The notes beneath the pieces were generated by a model. It was given only the letters and a program-made list of their open reading frames with translations, was not told the origin of the DNA and searched no databases. The translations under genes and the position numbers were made by a program. Below, one piece after another: positions 25,931-38,619 of a DNA stretch of 64,000 nucleotides. The stretch lies in NCBI RefSeq assembly GCF_009914755.1, contig NC_060947.1; one strand, written 5' to 3'. Numbering within the stretch: position 1 is the first letter of the stretch; each line of letters starts with the position of its first letter. This DNA is from the human T2T-CHM13v2.0 reference genome, Homo sapiens.

Positions 25931-26204
25931 AGTTCCTTTTCTGCTCTACCCCCCTTCCCACAAGCATACACACCCCAAGGTGACAAGAAAAGCCAAGGCC
26001 TTTTTCTAAAAGCATCTGTTCACTCATTAGAACACCCTTAGCCGGAAAGCCTGTAAACAGAGGTAAACCATGCTATCTTTGTGCACCTCCTCACTGCTTG
26101 AGGTCACTTGTAATTGCCTGATGACCTTCTCCATCCTACTTGCCTAGGAATCTAGGACTGTTACTGGTCTTCTTGTTCTGATCACTCTGCCTTACCAGTA
26201 GATT

Positions 26205-26400
26205 CAGAGATTCATAGCATTTCCAAAACTCAAGTGAGCCACAGGGGTAATCTGGTCTGATTCTCTTCCCTGTCTTACAGATAAGAAGACTGAGGCCCAG
26301 AGGGGAGAAAGAGTTGGCTCAAAGTTTCATAGTGTCTTAGGAACAGAGTCAGGGATAGATATTGGGACTGAAAGACCAGTGTTCTTTCTACTATTACGCA
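26205..26400 (-). mobile_element. MIR3/MIRc fragment
   Basis: ttacagataagaagactgaggcccagagggg. Confidence 0.65.
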
Positions 26401-26985
26401 GCTGTTACTAAGCTGATTTGTTGTTTTCACCAAATGTAATATATACTTTATCAGCTAAACCAACTTCTTCCAACATACATCTACAATAAGGGCTTTCAGG
26501 AATGAGGCAAAGGGATTAAATGGGGACTACTCCTCAAAGAAAAGAGTCATCCTTCTATTTAGCCAACCAGGGCTGATTAAATGTAGTGAGGAAGGCGAAA
26601 GAAGGAGGAATCTAGGTCTTACCCGCATATTCACAGAGGACCTCAAAATTAAATATTTGACTAGTCATTACCTGACAATAATGACAACAACAGCAAGAAC
26701 AGCCACATGGTACTTGCTAGGTATGAGACCCTATTCTGAGCCCTTTATAGATAATAATACATTTAATCCAAATGATGTTATGAACTACAGTGATATTTTA
26801 AGTGCATGTTAAAATTGTTACTATGTTAATATTTTAAACATAATACAAGTGTTGTGACTCTATTTTGGCATCACTTGTTTTCTTAATGTATCATGAGCTT
26901 CAAACCATGAAAGAAGCCTGGATCTATTGACCTTGGAAAAACTCTGCCACCATCTCTCATCTATCACCCATCATCTATTCAGCTA

Positions 26986-27060
26986 TCATTCATCAGCCAT
27001 CATCCATCCATCCAACCATCCACCCACCAACCCATCCATCCACCCAACCATCCATCCATC
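26986..27060. repeat. (CCAT)n-type simple repeat, probably an expanded L2 tail
   Basis: catccatccatccaaccatcc...; abuts a minus-strand L2 3' end. Confidence 0.9.
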
Positions 27061-27069
27061 TGACACTGC

Positions 27070-27330
27070 TGAGTTCTTCCCATAAACCAGGCCCTGTGGT
27101 TGATGCCAGTGATATGCAGATGGAGAGAATATAGTACCTGTGCTTGAGTTGTTCACAGTTTGTTTGGTAGAGGAAGAATAAGTATGAACAGACCATAAGG
27201 CATGGAAATCACTTGGAAACAGTGGCATAGAGTACAGAGAGGAGGCACCTTGTCCAACCTGTTTGCTTGATTGTTTTAGAGGGAAGTGTCAAGGAAGACT
27301 TGCCCAGGAAGGTGACACCTCAGAGGAGAC
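27070..27330 (-). mobile_element. L2 3' fragment
   Basis: ccaggccctgtg...gtcaaggaagacttgcccaggaaggtgacac. Confidence 0.6.
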
Positions 27331-28082
27331 CAGGATAATAAGAACAGAAGATTCCGGTGAGAATTCTTCAGCCAATAAGTCATAATATTCTTGGAATATC
27401 TGAGGAAAATTGTTATCACTCTAGATAAATGCATTTATGTATCTGTAGATGTATTTCACCTTTTCAGAGGTGACTTTAAAATTCAGCTCCATCACTCAAC
27501 AGCTGTGAGACTTTAGGTCTCAGTAACCTAATTGGTAAAATGAAAGTAACAATAATACTTGTTGTCCTCTCAGAGTAGTTGTCACCATCACATCCAAAAT
27601 TGAGTGTCAGATGCCTGCAGAGACTTGACAATTAATAAGTTGTAGTTTTTTTTTTTCCTAAGTGGAATTTAACTTTCAAAAGTAGTGAGATGGCAACATA
27701 GCCAAGAGGGTAAATTGATCTTTTCTTGTTTCATATGGAGTCCATTTTTTTCTGCCTCTTCTATCACGCAGGTTATTCTATCTAGCCTCATTTTCCCAAG
27801 TGGCTTCTTATGGCCAACCTCTTAGATTATTTGGAACCCCTTAGGGTATCGAGAGATATGATTCCTGCTCAGGGTGGGAGGCAGTTCTTTCCCTTGTGGA
27901 AATCTTTTTTTCTACCTAAAATGACTTCAACCCCTTTTCTTGTAGGGCCCTTAGAAGTTTCTCAGCCACATTCCAATCCCCAATTCGAACAGAAAAATGG
28001 CATGGGCTGGAGGTGCTGTGTCAGACCTTTGGTAAAATATCTCCACCGCCCCAACTAATCTCTTAGCTTACCTTCTAGGGTC

Positions 28083-28560
28083 TGTATTAGTTTTCTAGGG
28101 TCACTGTACCACAAACTGATTGACTTAAAACAATAGAAATTTATTCTTTCACAGATCTGGAGGCCAGAAGTACCCACACTTGGAAATCCAAGTGTTGGTG
28201 GGGTGGTTCCTTCTGAAGGCTCTGAGGGAGAATCCATTGGCTGCTGCCTCCCTCCTAGCTTCTGATGGTTGCCTGTGATGCTTGATGTTCATAGATACAT
28301 CACTCCAATCTCTGCTGTCATCTTCACACCCTCCTCTTCTTTATGTCTCTCTCAGTATCAAGTCACCCTTTCCTCCATCTAAAAAGGACACTTGTCTTGG
28401 GATTTAGAGCACATCCAGATAGTCCACAATAATTTCATGTCAAAATCCTTAACCTAATTACATCCACAAAGACCCTTTTTCCAAATAATGTCACAATCAT
28501 AAGATCTAGGAATTAGGACTTGGACATACCTTTTAGAAGTCCATCATTCAAGCCACTACA
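28083..28560 (-). mobile_element. MLT1C solo LTR
   Basis: tgtattagttttctaggg...ggttccttctgaaggctctgagggagaatcc...attcaagccactaca. Confidence 0.88.
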
Positions 28561-28669
28561 GGTCTTATTTCTTTGACCAAATCAAGCCTTTTCAATCGTT
28601 GGGTTTAGGCTTTTTTTTTTTTATTGTGATGTCACTACCTTTGAATAAAAGAAAAAAAAATAAGATCAG

Positions 28670-28850
28670 TTACAAGTTGGTGTCAGACACAGTGCTAGGA
28701 ACTGTATATGCATTGTCTTATTGAGTCCTCACAACCTTTGTAGAAGGCAAATGTCATGATAATTCCTATTTTGCAGGTGAGGCTGAGAGTGATTCAGTAA
28801 TTTGTCCCAGGTCACAAAGCTAGTGCATAGTGAAGTTGACATTCAAACTC
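28670..28850 (-). mobile_element. MIR SINE (further MIR fragments to ~29320)
   Basis: cctattttgcaggtgaggctgagagtgattcagtaatttgtcccaggtcacaaagctagt. Confidence 0.7.
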
Positions 28851-29426
28851 ATCTCTGCCTAATTCTGAAACTTAATTGATTGGGCATTGACCCTGGGCAA
28901 AGTACCCTTCTATGTGTTTTACAAATCAAAACACATCTGGCATTCACAAGAACCCTACACATTGAGTACATTATTAATAGCTCCTTACCACAGAAATAAG
29001 GAATTTGAGGCACAGTGAGATTTAGTAATTTGCCCAAGATAATATATCAAAAAGAGCAATCATGAACCTGGATGTCCTTCATCATCGAGGTTAAAAACAA
29101 AGGTTTACTGAACACTTACTACCTGTCACCTTGTTTTTTCACAATGAGTCTTCCCTGGAAACCTGTGAAACAGACACTATAATTATTCCATTTGATAGAA
29201 GGGAAAATGAGACTTGGAGGGGTGAAATGACTTGCCCATGCATGATAGAAGTGAAACACAAACCCAAGTCTTTGCAGTTGGCCAGCTATGTTATTTCCAC
29301 TGGCCTTTATTGCCTTCCAGAGTCATCATGTGGATCTAGTGAGATAATGTGGTGACTGGGTCTCACTTTGAAAAGAAGGGTCCTGTGGAAAACTAAGTAA
29401 TTCTCCGTATCGTTATAGTACTCCTC

Positions 29427-29427
<1 letters not shown>

Positions 29428-29460
<33 letters not shown>

Positions 29461-29491
29461 CCATCATCGTTGTCATTATTGTCATCAACAT
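29428..29491. repeat. (CAT)n trinucleotide repeat
   Basis: Read directly; degenerate at the 3' end. Confidence 0.95.
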
Positions 29492-30229
29492 CAAAGTATT
29501 ACTGTAGTTGCCCAACCAGAAAAGTTCAAGGCCAGGGACAGCAGTGCCCAGGGGATGCTACTGGCTTGCACAGCTCTGATCTGACTCTGATACTTTTGAG
29601 AAAAAAATTACATAACCTGAGGAAGGGAGGATAAGTTGGCATAAAGCACACAGTTCAGTCACATTGTAGTCATGTTTGAAGTGTCTAAGTATTAAGCGTG
29701 TGCCTCTTGGCAACAGCTGAAAAGAGGGTCAGGACAGAACCACACACACCCTGCACAGAGGACTGCACAAGGAACTGAGAAAGTAGAACATGAAGGCGCA
29801 ACAGAACCATGTGGTACCAACGGCTTCTCAAGGTAAGCCAGCTGTTAAAAATGCTGGGGCATGGTTGGGGATGGGGGAGGATAGAGTTAATGCCATCAGA
29901 AATACGGTCTGCATTTGCACCCTAGAAGTATGGGGCAGCAGGGATCCAAGCACACAGAGCATGTTCCCCATTACACTAGCTTTCCTTGGGTTTCTTTTTG
30001 AATGATACAACCAGTCCTGAACCATCAGGTGGCCTTGACTCCTTCTTCCCCTCTATTGACTCTGTGACTTGCATGGCGGTGGTGGCCCTGGTCCCAGAAG
30101 TCTCCACAGGTGCTATGTCTGTGGTCCCCACCTCTCTTTTGAGAAACTGTTCCTATTCCACCATGACTATGTGACCCTAGGAAGCCACCATTCCTAGCAC
30201 CTCATCCCATCCTGCTACTGTTGTGGAGG

Positions 30230-30630
30230 TAGGTCCAAATATAAAGTTCTCATAAGATATAAACCTGGCCAATTCACATTCTTTTGTGGAATTTTTCTCA
30301 TTGGAGCTAGAGATGAAAACCCTTTTTGTTCTTGGATCAATGGCGTGGAAGGATGTGAACTTGAGGCAGCCCTGTAGTAAAGTTTCTCAGCACATGGAGA
30401 ACGCCAGCCTCCAGCAGGAAAGAATACAGCTGACGCATAAACAGAAGACAGATGAGAGGAAGAAAGAATGCTTAAAAGCACTGTGTTTCTTTCTGATTTC
30501 CAGCTGTCCCCAAGGCCAGCGCTACTCTTGTCTTTTCCCTGGCTTGATCATGGGAACAAATATAGTCTGCCTTTTTGGGGAGTTTAAGCTCAATTGAATT
30601 GTGTTTCTGTGACTTGCAACCAAACAGCTC
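30230..30630 (+). mobile_element. Old MaLR LTR (MLT1K/L-like)
   Basis: 3' end tttaagctcaattgaattgtgtttctgtgacttgcaacc. Confidence 0.55.
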
Positions 30631-30714
30631 TTATACATCCACATGCCAATAAGAGTCATAGTAATTCTATGTAGTCCAAAACATTGGTTGCCTCATAAGA
30701 TTTTTTTCTGAGTC

Positions 30715-30815
30715 AGTTAGCTCCATTTTATAGATGAGGAAGCTGAGACACAGAAAAGTTAAATGAATTTCACTAAGTCCCACAGCTATTCAGTAGGAAA
30801 GCCTGGAATCTGTGT
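30715..30815 (-). mobile_element. MIR fragment
   Basis: ctccattttatagatgaggaagctgagacacagaaaagttaaatgaa. Confidence 0.8.
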
Positions 30816-30859
30816 TTTCCCCTACCCCTTGCTACTAAATATTGTTAATTTCACCCCTA

Positions 30860-31490
30860 CAATACATCTTGTAGCCTTCATTTCCTTTCTGTCCCTTCTG
30901 TCACCTACCTAGGGCAGGGCCCCTTCACCTCTTTCCTAGTGTATGACAGTAATATCCTCACTAGTTTCCCTGCCTCCCACCGTCTCCAATCTGTTGTTTC
31001 CCAATCAGTACTCCTAAAACATTCTCTCTGGTTGTGTAATTTACTCAACTAAAAAAATCTTTGAGGGCTTCCTATTGCCTACTCAATTAACTTGTTATCC
31101 TGGCATTCAAAATCTGAGCATAATCAACCTTTATATGTGTCTCTTCCTTTCCCTTGATCATCATTGTCCAGATTCCAGCTATATTCCTGCTTCCACTCCT
31201 TTGCTCAAGTACATTTTCCACCCAAACTGCCTTGGTGTCCACTTTGAAAATCCAACTGGTTGTTTAAGACCCATCTCAGAGGCCATGATTTCATACATCC
31301 TTCACAGGGCCACTAATTATCCACAGGGCCACTAATGATCCCCTCTCAGATCCTGATGGATCCTTCCTTCCCCCTTGTTTAGGGCACTTTTCTCATTCTG
31401 TTGAATATTATAGCCATCCTGAAGTTTTTCTTAAAATTTTTACCAAGACAAGAGTGCCTGGAGGACAGAGTCTGTGCCTTCCTTCCTGTT
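30860..31490 (+). mobile_element. L2 fragment
   Basis: atcctcactagtttccctgcctcc, gggcttcctattgccta, cctggcattcaa. Confidence 0.55.
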
Positions 31491-31559
31491 TTCATTCAAC
31501 ACACATTTTTCAATATTGTTTGTATGCTTGGCCCTGTGCTTTGTGCTGAGTATAGTTAA

Positions 31560-31787
31560 TATTATTAGATAATATGCAAAACACTGAAGACCTTAATGTA
31601 CATTAGCTCATATGATTCTTAAAAGAATTCTACAAAGTAGGTATTGCTGTTCCCATTTTACAGATGAAGAAACAGAGGCACAGAGAAGTTAAGTAACTTG
31701 CCCAAAGTTACACAGCTAGTAAGTGGCATAGTTGGCATACAAACCCATGCAGTCTGGCCCCAGAGACTGTGCCCTTAAGCACTACAC
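31560..31787 (-). mobile_element. MIR SINE
   Basis: cccattttacagatgaagaaacagaggcacagagaagttaagtaacttgcccaaagttacacagctagtaagtggc. Confidence 0.92.
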
Positions 31788-33237
31788 AAGGCTACCTTTG
31801 AAAGCCGTCTCCTCAGAGTGATTCAAGATGGCTGATTAGAGGCAGCTGTGGTCTGTAACACTCACAGAGAGGAATGAAAAGGGGCAAGTGAATTCAGCAC
31901 TTTCAACTGAGATATCCAGGTTCTTGCATTGGGGCTGACTGGAGGAACAGCTCGACCCTTGGAGAATGAAGAAAAGCAGGGAGTTGGTGATGGCCCACCG
32001 GGGAGCAGCACAGAGCCAAGGGAAGCAATCCCAGCCCAGGGAAGCAGTGAGTGATTGTGTGACCTTGCCTGGGAAACCACACTTCTCCCACGGATCTTTG
32101 CAACCTGCAGATCAGGAGATCCCCCTTGTAAGTCCATGCTACCAGGGCCTTGGGTCTAATACCAAAGCTCTGTGGAGTTTCAGCACAGCAGCCACTTGGC
32201 CACACACAGAGGCCCAGAAGTCTTACATATTCTGGCCCTGAGTTTCCCAGCACAGTGGGAAATCCTTCTGTACATATCCCTAGGAAGGGAGCTGAATCCA
32301 GGGAGCCAGGAAGCATCTTTTTGTGGGCCCCATTTCCACAGCACATCACAAGTTAACATTTACTGGTTTGGAATCCCAGCCCCCAATGGCAGTGAGTTGG
32401 AGTCTACTTGAGATGGTCCAAGTTCCTGGGGGAAGGGACAGCCACCATCTCTGTGATTCAGTAGACTCAGCTGCTCCAGCCTGCCAGCTGTGGAGAATAC
32501 AGAAGATCCAGACAAGGAAGGGTCCCCCACAGTGCAGCACAGCTGCCTTGCCAGATTGTGGCCAGACTGCTTCTTTAAGCAAGACCCTGATCCATTCCTC
32601 CTCACTGGGCAGGACCTTCCTGTGGGGGCTTTAGCCACTCTAGCAAAGCTTTAGAGACAGAGCTTTGATCTCTACCTGGGACAGAGCTCCCTGGGGGAGG
32701 GGTGGCAGCCATTTATGTGGTTCTGTCAACTCAGCTGCTCCAGTCTGCTGGCTTTGGAGAATACAAGAAATCAGGACAAGGAAGTCCCCACCCCCCGCCC
32801 CCCCAACTCCCTCGCCCCGGCCAGTGCAGCACACCTGCTCTACCAAAAAGCAGCCAGGCTGCATTTTGGGGCAGGTGCCTGATCCCATTCCTCCTGACTT
32901 GGTGAGACCTGCCAATGGGGAGCTTCAGCTACCTCCTACAGGTGCATGCAGGCCAGGAACAGGTCAGCAACCCCCGGCACAGAGCTTCCAGAGGAAGGAG
33001 CTGGCTGCTATGTTTGCTGTTTCACAGCCTTCACTTGTGATACCTCTGGGTACAGGAGAAATCGAAGTGACTGGGGTCTGGGGTGGACCCCTAGCAAACT
33101 GCAGCAGCCCTACAGTAGAGTGGCCTGACTTTTAAAAGAAAAACAAACAGAAAACAACAACAGCAACAAAAGACCTCACAAAAACCTCATTCAAAGGTCA
33201 GCAACCTCAAAGATAAAAGGTAGATAAGCCCCAAAAG

Positions 33238-34263
33238 ATAAGAAAGAATCAACACAAGAACACTGAAAAGTCAAAAAGCCAGAATGCCTCTTCTCCTACA
33301 AATGACCACAACACTTCTCCAGCCAGGGCACAGAAGTGGGCTGAGGCTGAGATAGCTGATTTGACAGATGTAGGCTTCAGAAAGTGGGTAATAATGAACT
33401 TCACTGAGCTAAAAGAGCATGTTGTAACCCAATGCAAAGAAGCTAAGAATCATGATAAAACAATACAGAAGGTGATAACCAGAATAGCCAGTTTAGAGAG
33501 GAACATAACCTACCTGATGGAGCTGAAAAACACAACACAAGAACTTCACAATGCAATCACAGGTATCAATAGCAGAGTATATCAACTGGAGGAAAGAATC
33601 TCAGAGCTTTAAGACTACCTTTTTGAAATAAGACAGGTAGACAAAAATAGAGAAAAAAGAATGAAAAGGAATGAACAAAACCTCTGAGAAATATGGGATT
33701 ACATAAAGAGGCCAAACCTAGGACTGACTGGGGTACTTCAAAGACACAGGGAGAATAGAACCAGGTTGGAAAACACACTTTAGGATATCATCCAGGAGAA
33801 CTTTCCCAACATTCAAATTTAGAAAATGCAGAGAACCCCAGTAAGATACTCAATGAGAAGATCAACTCCAAGACCCACAATCATCAGATTCTCCAAGGTT
33901 GAAATGAAAGAAAAAATGTTAAGGGCAGCCAGAGAGAAAGGCCAGTCCATCCACAAAAGGAAGCCCATCAGACTAACAGCAGACCTCTCAGCAGAAACCC
34001 TACAAGCCAGAAGAGATTGGGAGCCAATATTCAACATTGTTAAAGAAAAGAATTTTCAATTCAGAATTCCATATCTGGCCAAACTAAGCTTCATAAGCGA
34101 AAGAGAAATAACATCCTTTTCAGACAGGCAAATGCTTAGGGAATTCATCACCACCAGACCTGCCTTGCAAGAGCTCTTGAAGGAAGCACTAAATATGGAA
34201 AGGAAAATACGTTACCAGCTTCTAGAAAAACACACTGAAATACACAGACCAGTAACACTCTAA
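33238..34263 (+). pseudogene. L1 ORF1p relic
   Basis: Fragments ...IIRFSKVEMKEKMLRAAREKGQ...PIRLTADLSAETLQARRDW; start codon ATG>ATA, stops and frameshifts. Confidence 0.9.
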
Positions 34264-34308
34264 AGCAACCACACAAACAAGTCTGCAAAATAACCAGCTA
34301 ACATCATG

Positions 34309-37300
34309 ATGACAGGATCAAATCCACACATATCAATACTAACTTTAAATGTAAATAGGCTAAATGCCCCAATTAAAACAGAATGGCAAGCTGAATAAAA
34401 AGACAAGACCCATCGGTGTGCTGTATTAAAGAGACCCATCTCCCATGCAAATACACACATAGGCTCAAAATAAAGGGATGGAGGAAAATTTACCAAGCAA
34501 ATGGAAAACAGAAAAAAGCAGGAGTTGCAAACCTAGTTTCTGGCAAAACAGACCTTAAACCAACAAAGATCAAAAAAGACAAAGAAGGGCACTACATAAT
34601 GGTAAGGGGTTCAACTCAACAAGAAGAGCTAACTATCCTAAATATATATGCACCCAATACAGGAACACCCAGGTTCATAAAGCAAGTCCTTAGAGACCTA
34701 CAAAGAGACTTAGACTCCCATACAATAACAGTGGGAGACTTGAACACCCCATTGACAATATTAGACAAATCATCAAGACAGAAAATTAACAAAATATTTA
34801 GGACCTAAACTCAGCTCTACATTAGGTGGACCTGATAGATATCTGCCAAACTCCCCACTTATTTAACAGAATATACATTCTTCTCATCACTACACAGCAC
34901 TTACTCTAAAATTGATCACATAACCAGAAGTGAAACATTCGTCAGCAAATGCAAAATAACTGAAATTATAACAAAGTCTCTCAGATCACAGCACAATCAA
35001 ATTAGAACTCAAGATTAAGAAATTCACTCAAAACCACACAATCACGTGGAAATTGAACAACCTGCTCCTGAATGACTTTTGGGTAAACAGTGAAATTAAG
35101 GCAGAAATCAATAAGTTCTTGAAACTGATGAGAACAAAGAGACAACATACCAGAATGTTTGGGATGCAACTAAGGTAGTGTTAAGAGGGAAATTTATAGC
35201 ACTAAATGCCCACATTAATAAAGCTAAAATGATCTCAAGTTAACAACATAACATCTCAACTAAAATAACTAGAGAACCAAGAGCAGGCAAACCCCAAAGC
35301 TAGCAGAAAAGACAAGAAATAACCAAGATCAAAGCTGAACTGAAAGAGATAGAGACACAAAAAAACATTTAAAAAATCAGTGAATCCAGGAGCTGTTTTT
35401 TTGAGAAAATTAATAAAATGTATAGACCATTAGCTTGGCAAGTAAAGAAGTAGCATCTCAATTAAAAGAACTAGAGAACCAAGAGCAAACAAATCCCAAA
35501 GTTAGCAGAGGACAAGAAATAACCAAGATCAAAGCTGAATGAAAGACATAGAGACACAAAAAAACACTTCAAAAAAATCAGTGAATCCAGGAGGTGTTTT
35601 TGTGAGAAAATTAATAAAATATATAGACCATTATCTTGGCTAGTAAAGAAGAAAAGAGAGAAGAATTAAATAAACACAATCAGAAATGATAAGGGGGATA
35701 TCACCACTGACTCCACAGAAATACAAACAACCACCTGAGAATACTGTAAACACCTCTATGCACATAAACTAGAAAATCCAGAAGAAGTGGATAAATTCTT
35801 GGGCACATACACCCTCCCAAGACTGAATCAGGAAGAAATTGAATCTCTGAATAGACCAATAACGAGTTGTGAAATTGAGGCAGTAATAAATAACCTACCA
35901 ACCAAAAAAAGCACAAGACCAAATGGATTCACAGCTGAATTCTACCAGTGGTACAAAGAAGAGCTGGTACTATTTCTATTGAAATGATTCCAAAAAACTG
36001 AAAAGAAGGGACTCCTCCCTAACTAATTCTGTGAGGCCAGCATCATTCTGATACCAAAACCTGGCAGAAATACAACAACAACAAAACTTCAGGCCAATAT
36101 TCTTGATGAACATGATGCAAAATTCCTCAATAAAATACTGGCAAACCAAATCCAGCAGCACATCAAAAAGCTTATCCACCATGATCAAGTAGTCTTCATC
36201 CTCAGGATGCACGGTTGTTTCAACAAATGTAAATCGATAAACGTGATTCATCACATAAACAGAACTAAAGACAAAAACGACATGATTATCTCAATAGATG
36301 CGGAAAAGGCTTTCGCTAAAATTCAACATCCATTCATGTTAACAACTCTCAATAATCTAGGCAATGAAGGAACATAGCTCAAAATAATAAAAGCCATATA
36401 TGACAAACGCACAGTCACCACCATACTGAATGGACAAAAGCTGAAAGCATTCCCATTGAAAACCAGCACAAGACAAACATACCCTGTCTCACCACTCCTA
36501 TTCAATATAGTATTGGAAGTTCTGGCCAGGGCAATCAGGCAAGAGAAGAAATAAAGGGTGTTCAAATAGGAAGAGACGAAGTCAAATTGTGTGTATTTGC
36601 GGATGACATGATTCTATATCTAGAAAACCCTATCGTCTCAGCCCCAAAGCTTCCTAAGCTGATAAGCAACTTCAACAAAGTCTCTGGATGTAAAATCAAT
36701 GTACAAAAATTGCTAGCATTTCTGTACACAAACAGGCAAGCAGAGAGTCAAATCATGAATTCACAACTGCTACCAACAGAATAAAATATCTAGGCATACA
36801 GCTAACACGGGAAGTGAAGGACCTCTTCAAGGAGAACTACAAACCACTGCTCAAAGAAATCAGAGAGGAAACAAACAAGTAGAGAAACATTTCATGCTCA
36901 TGGTTAGGAAGAATCAATGTCATGAAAATGGCCATACTGCCCAAAGTAATTTATAGATTCAATGTTTTCCCCATTAAACTACCATTGACATTCTTTGCAG
37001 AATTAGAATAAACTATTTAAAAATTCATACAGAACCAAAAAATAGTCCAAATAGCCAAGACAAGTCTAAGCAAAAAGAATAATGCTGGAGGCATCATGCT
37101 ACCTGACTTCGAACTATACCACTAATACAAGGTATAGTAACCAAAACAGCATGGTACTTGTACAAGAGCAGAGACATAGACCAATGGAACAGAATAAAGA
37201 ACTCAGAAATAAGACTGCACACCTACAACCATCTGATCTTTGACACACTTGACAAAAACAAGCAGTGAAGAAAGGACTTCCTGTTCAATAAATGGTGCTA

Positions 37301-38308
37301 GGAGTGCTGGCTGGCCAAAAGCAGAAAATTTAAACTAGACTCCTTCCTTACAACATATACAAAAATTAACTCGAGATGGATTAAAGACTTAAAGTAAAAC
37401 CCAAAACTATAAAAACTCAAGAAGAAAATCTATGCAATACCATTCAGGATATAGGCACGGGTAAAGATTTCATGATGAAAATGCCGAAAGCAATTGCAAG
37501 AAAAGCAAAAATTGACAAATGGAATCTAATCAAACTAAAGAATTTCTGCACAGCAAAAGAAACTATCATCAGAGTGAACAGACAAGCTACAGAAAGGGGG
37601 GAAATTTTTGCAATCTATCCATCTGACAAAAGTCTAATATCCAGAGTCTACAAGGAACTTAAACAAATTTACAATAAAAAAAAACATTAAAAAGTGGGCA
37701 AAGGACATGAACAGACACTTCTCAAAATAAAACATACATGCAGCCAACACACATATAAAAAAAAGTTCAATATCACTGATCATCAGAGAAATACAAATCA
37801 AAACCACAATGAGATACCATCTCACACCGGTCAGAATGGCTTTTATTAAAAAGTCAAAAAACAACAGATGCTGGTGAGGTTGCAGAGAAAAAGGAACACT
37901 TTTACACTGTTGGTGGGAGTATAAATTAGTTCAACCATTGTGGAAGACAGTGTGGGGATTTGTCAAAGACACAGAGGTAGAAATACCATTTGACCCAGCA
38001 ATCTCATTACTGGGTATATACCCAAAGGAATATAAATCATTCTATATAAAAATACATACATGCATATGTTCACTGCAGCACTATTCACAATAGCAAAGAC
38101 ATGAAATCAACCCAAATGCCCACGGATGATAGACTGGATAAAGAAAATGCGATACAAATACACTATGGAATATTATGCAGCCATAAAAAGGAACAATATC
38201 ACATTCTTTGCAAGGACATGGATGGTGTTGGAAGCCATTATCCTCAGCAAATTAACCCAGGAACAGAAAACCAAACACTACATGTTCTCACTTATAAGTG
38301 GGAGCTGA
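34309..38308 (+). pseudogene. L1 ORF2p relic (endonuclease / reverse transcriptase / C-terminal domain)
   Basis: EN fragment ILNIYAPNTG, RT motif FADDMI at ~36596, C-terminal MFSLISGS; many stops. Confidence 0.92.
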
Positions 38309-38528
38309 ATGATGAGAACACATGCATACATGGGAGGAAATAACACACACTGGGGCCTGCCAGGGCAGGTGGTGGGAGAGAGAGTATCAGGAAGAATAGC
38401 TAATGGAGGCTGCAATTAATACATAGGTGATGGGATGATCTGTGCAGCAAATTACCATGGCACACATTTACCTATGTAAAAAACCTGCACATCCTGCACA
38501 TGTACCCCTGAACTTAAAAGTTGAAAAA

Positions 38529-38619
38529 ATATATATATTATATATATATACACATATATATTTTATATATATACACACATATATTTTATATATATACACA
38601 CACACATATATATATATAG
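38529..38619. repeat. (TA)n/(CA)-interrupted microsatellite at the L1 tail
   Basis: Read directly. Confidence 0.93.

Larger units (their letters stand above)
31815..38529 (+). mobile_element. Full-length older primate LINE-1 (L1PA11-13-like), inactive
   Basis: YY1 motif caagatggc at 31824, long 5'UTR, ORF1 and ORF2 relics, 3'UTR gggatgatctgtgcagcaaa; TSD gaaagccgtctcctc (31800) / gaaagccatcttctc (38662). Confidence 0.95.

Noticed and set aside
31862-33135. Dense overlapping ORFs on both strands
   Set aside because: GC-rich L1 5'UTR with few stop codons; not host genes
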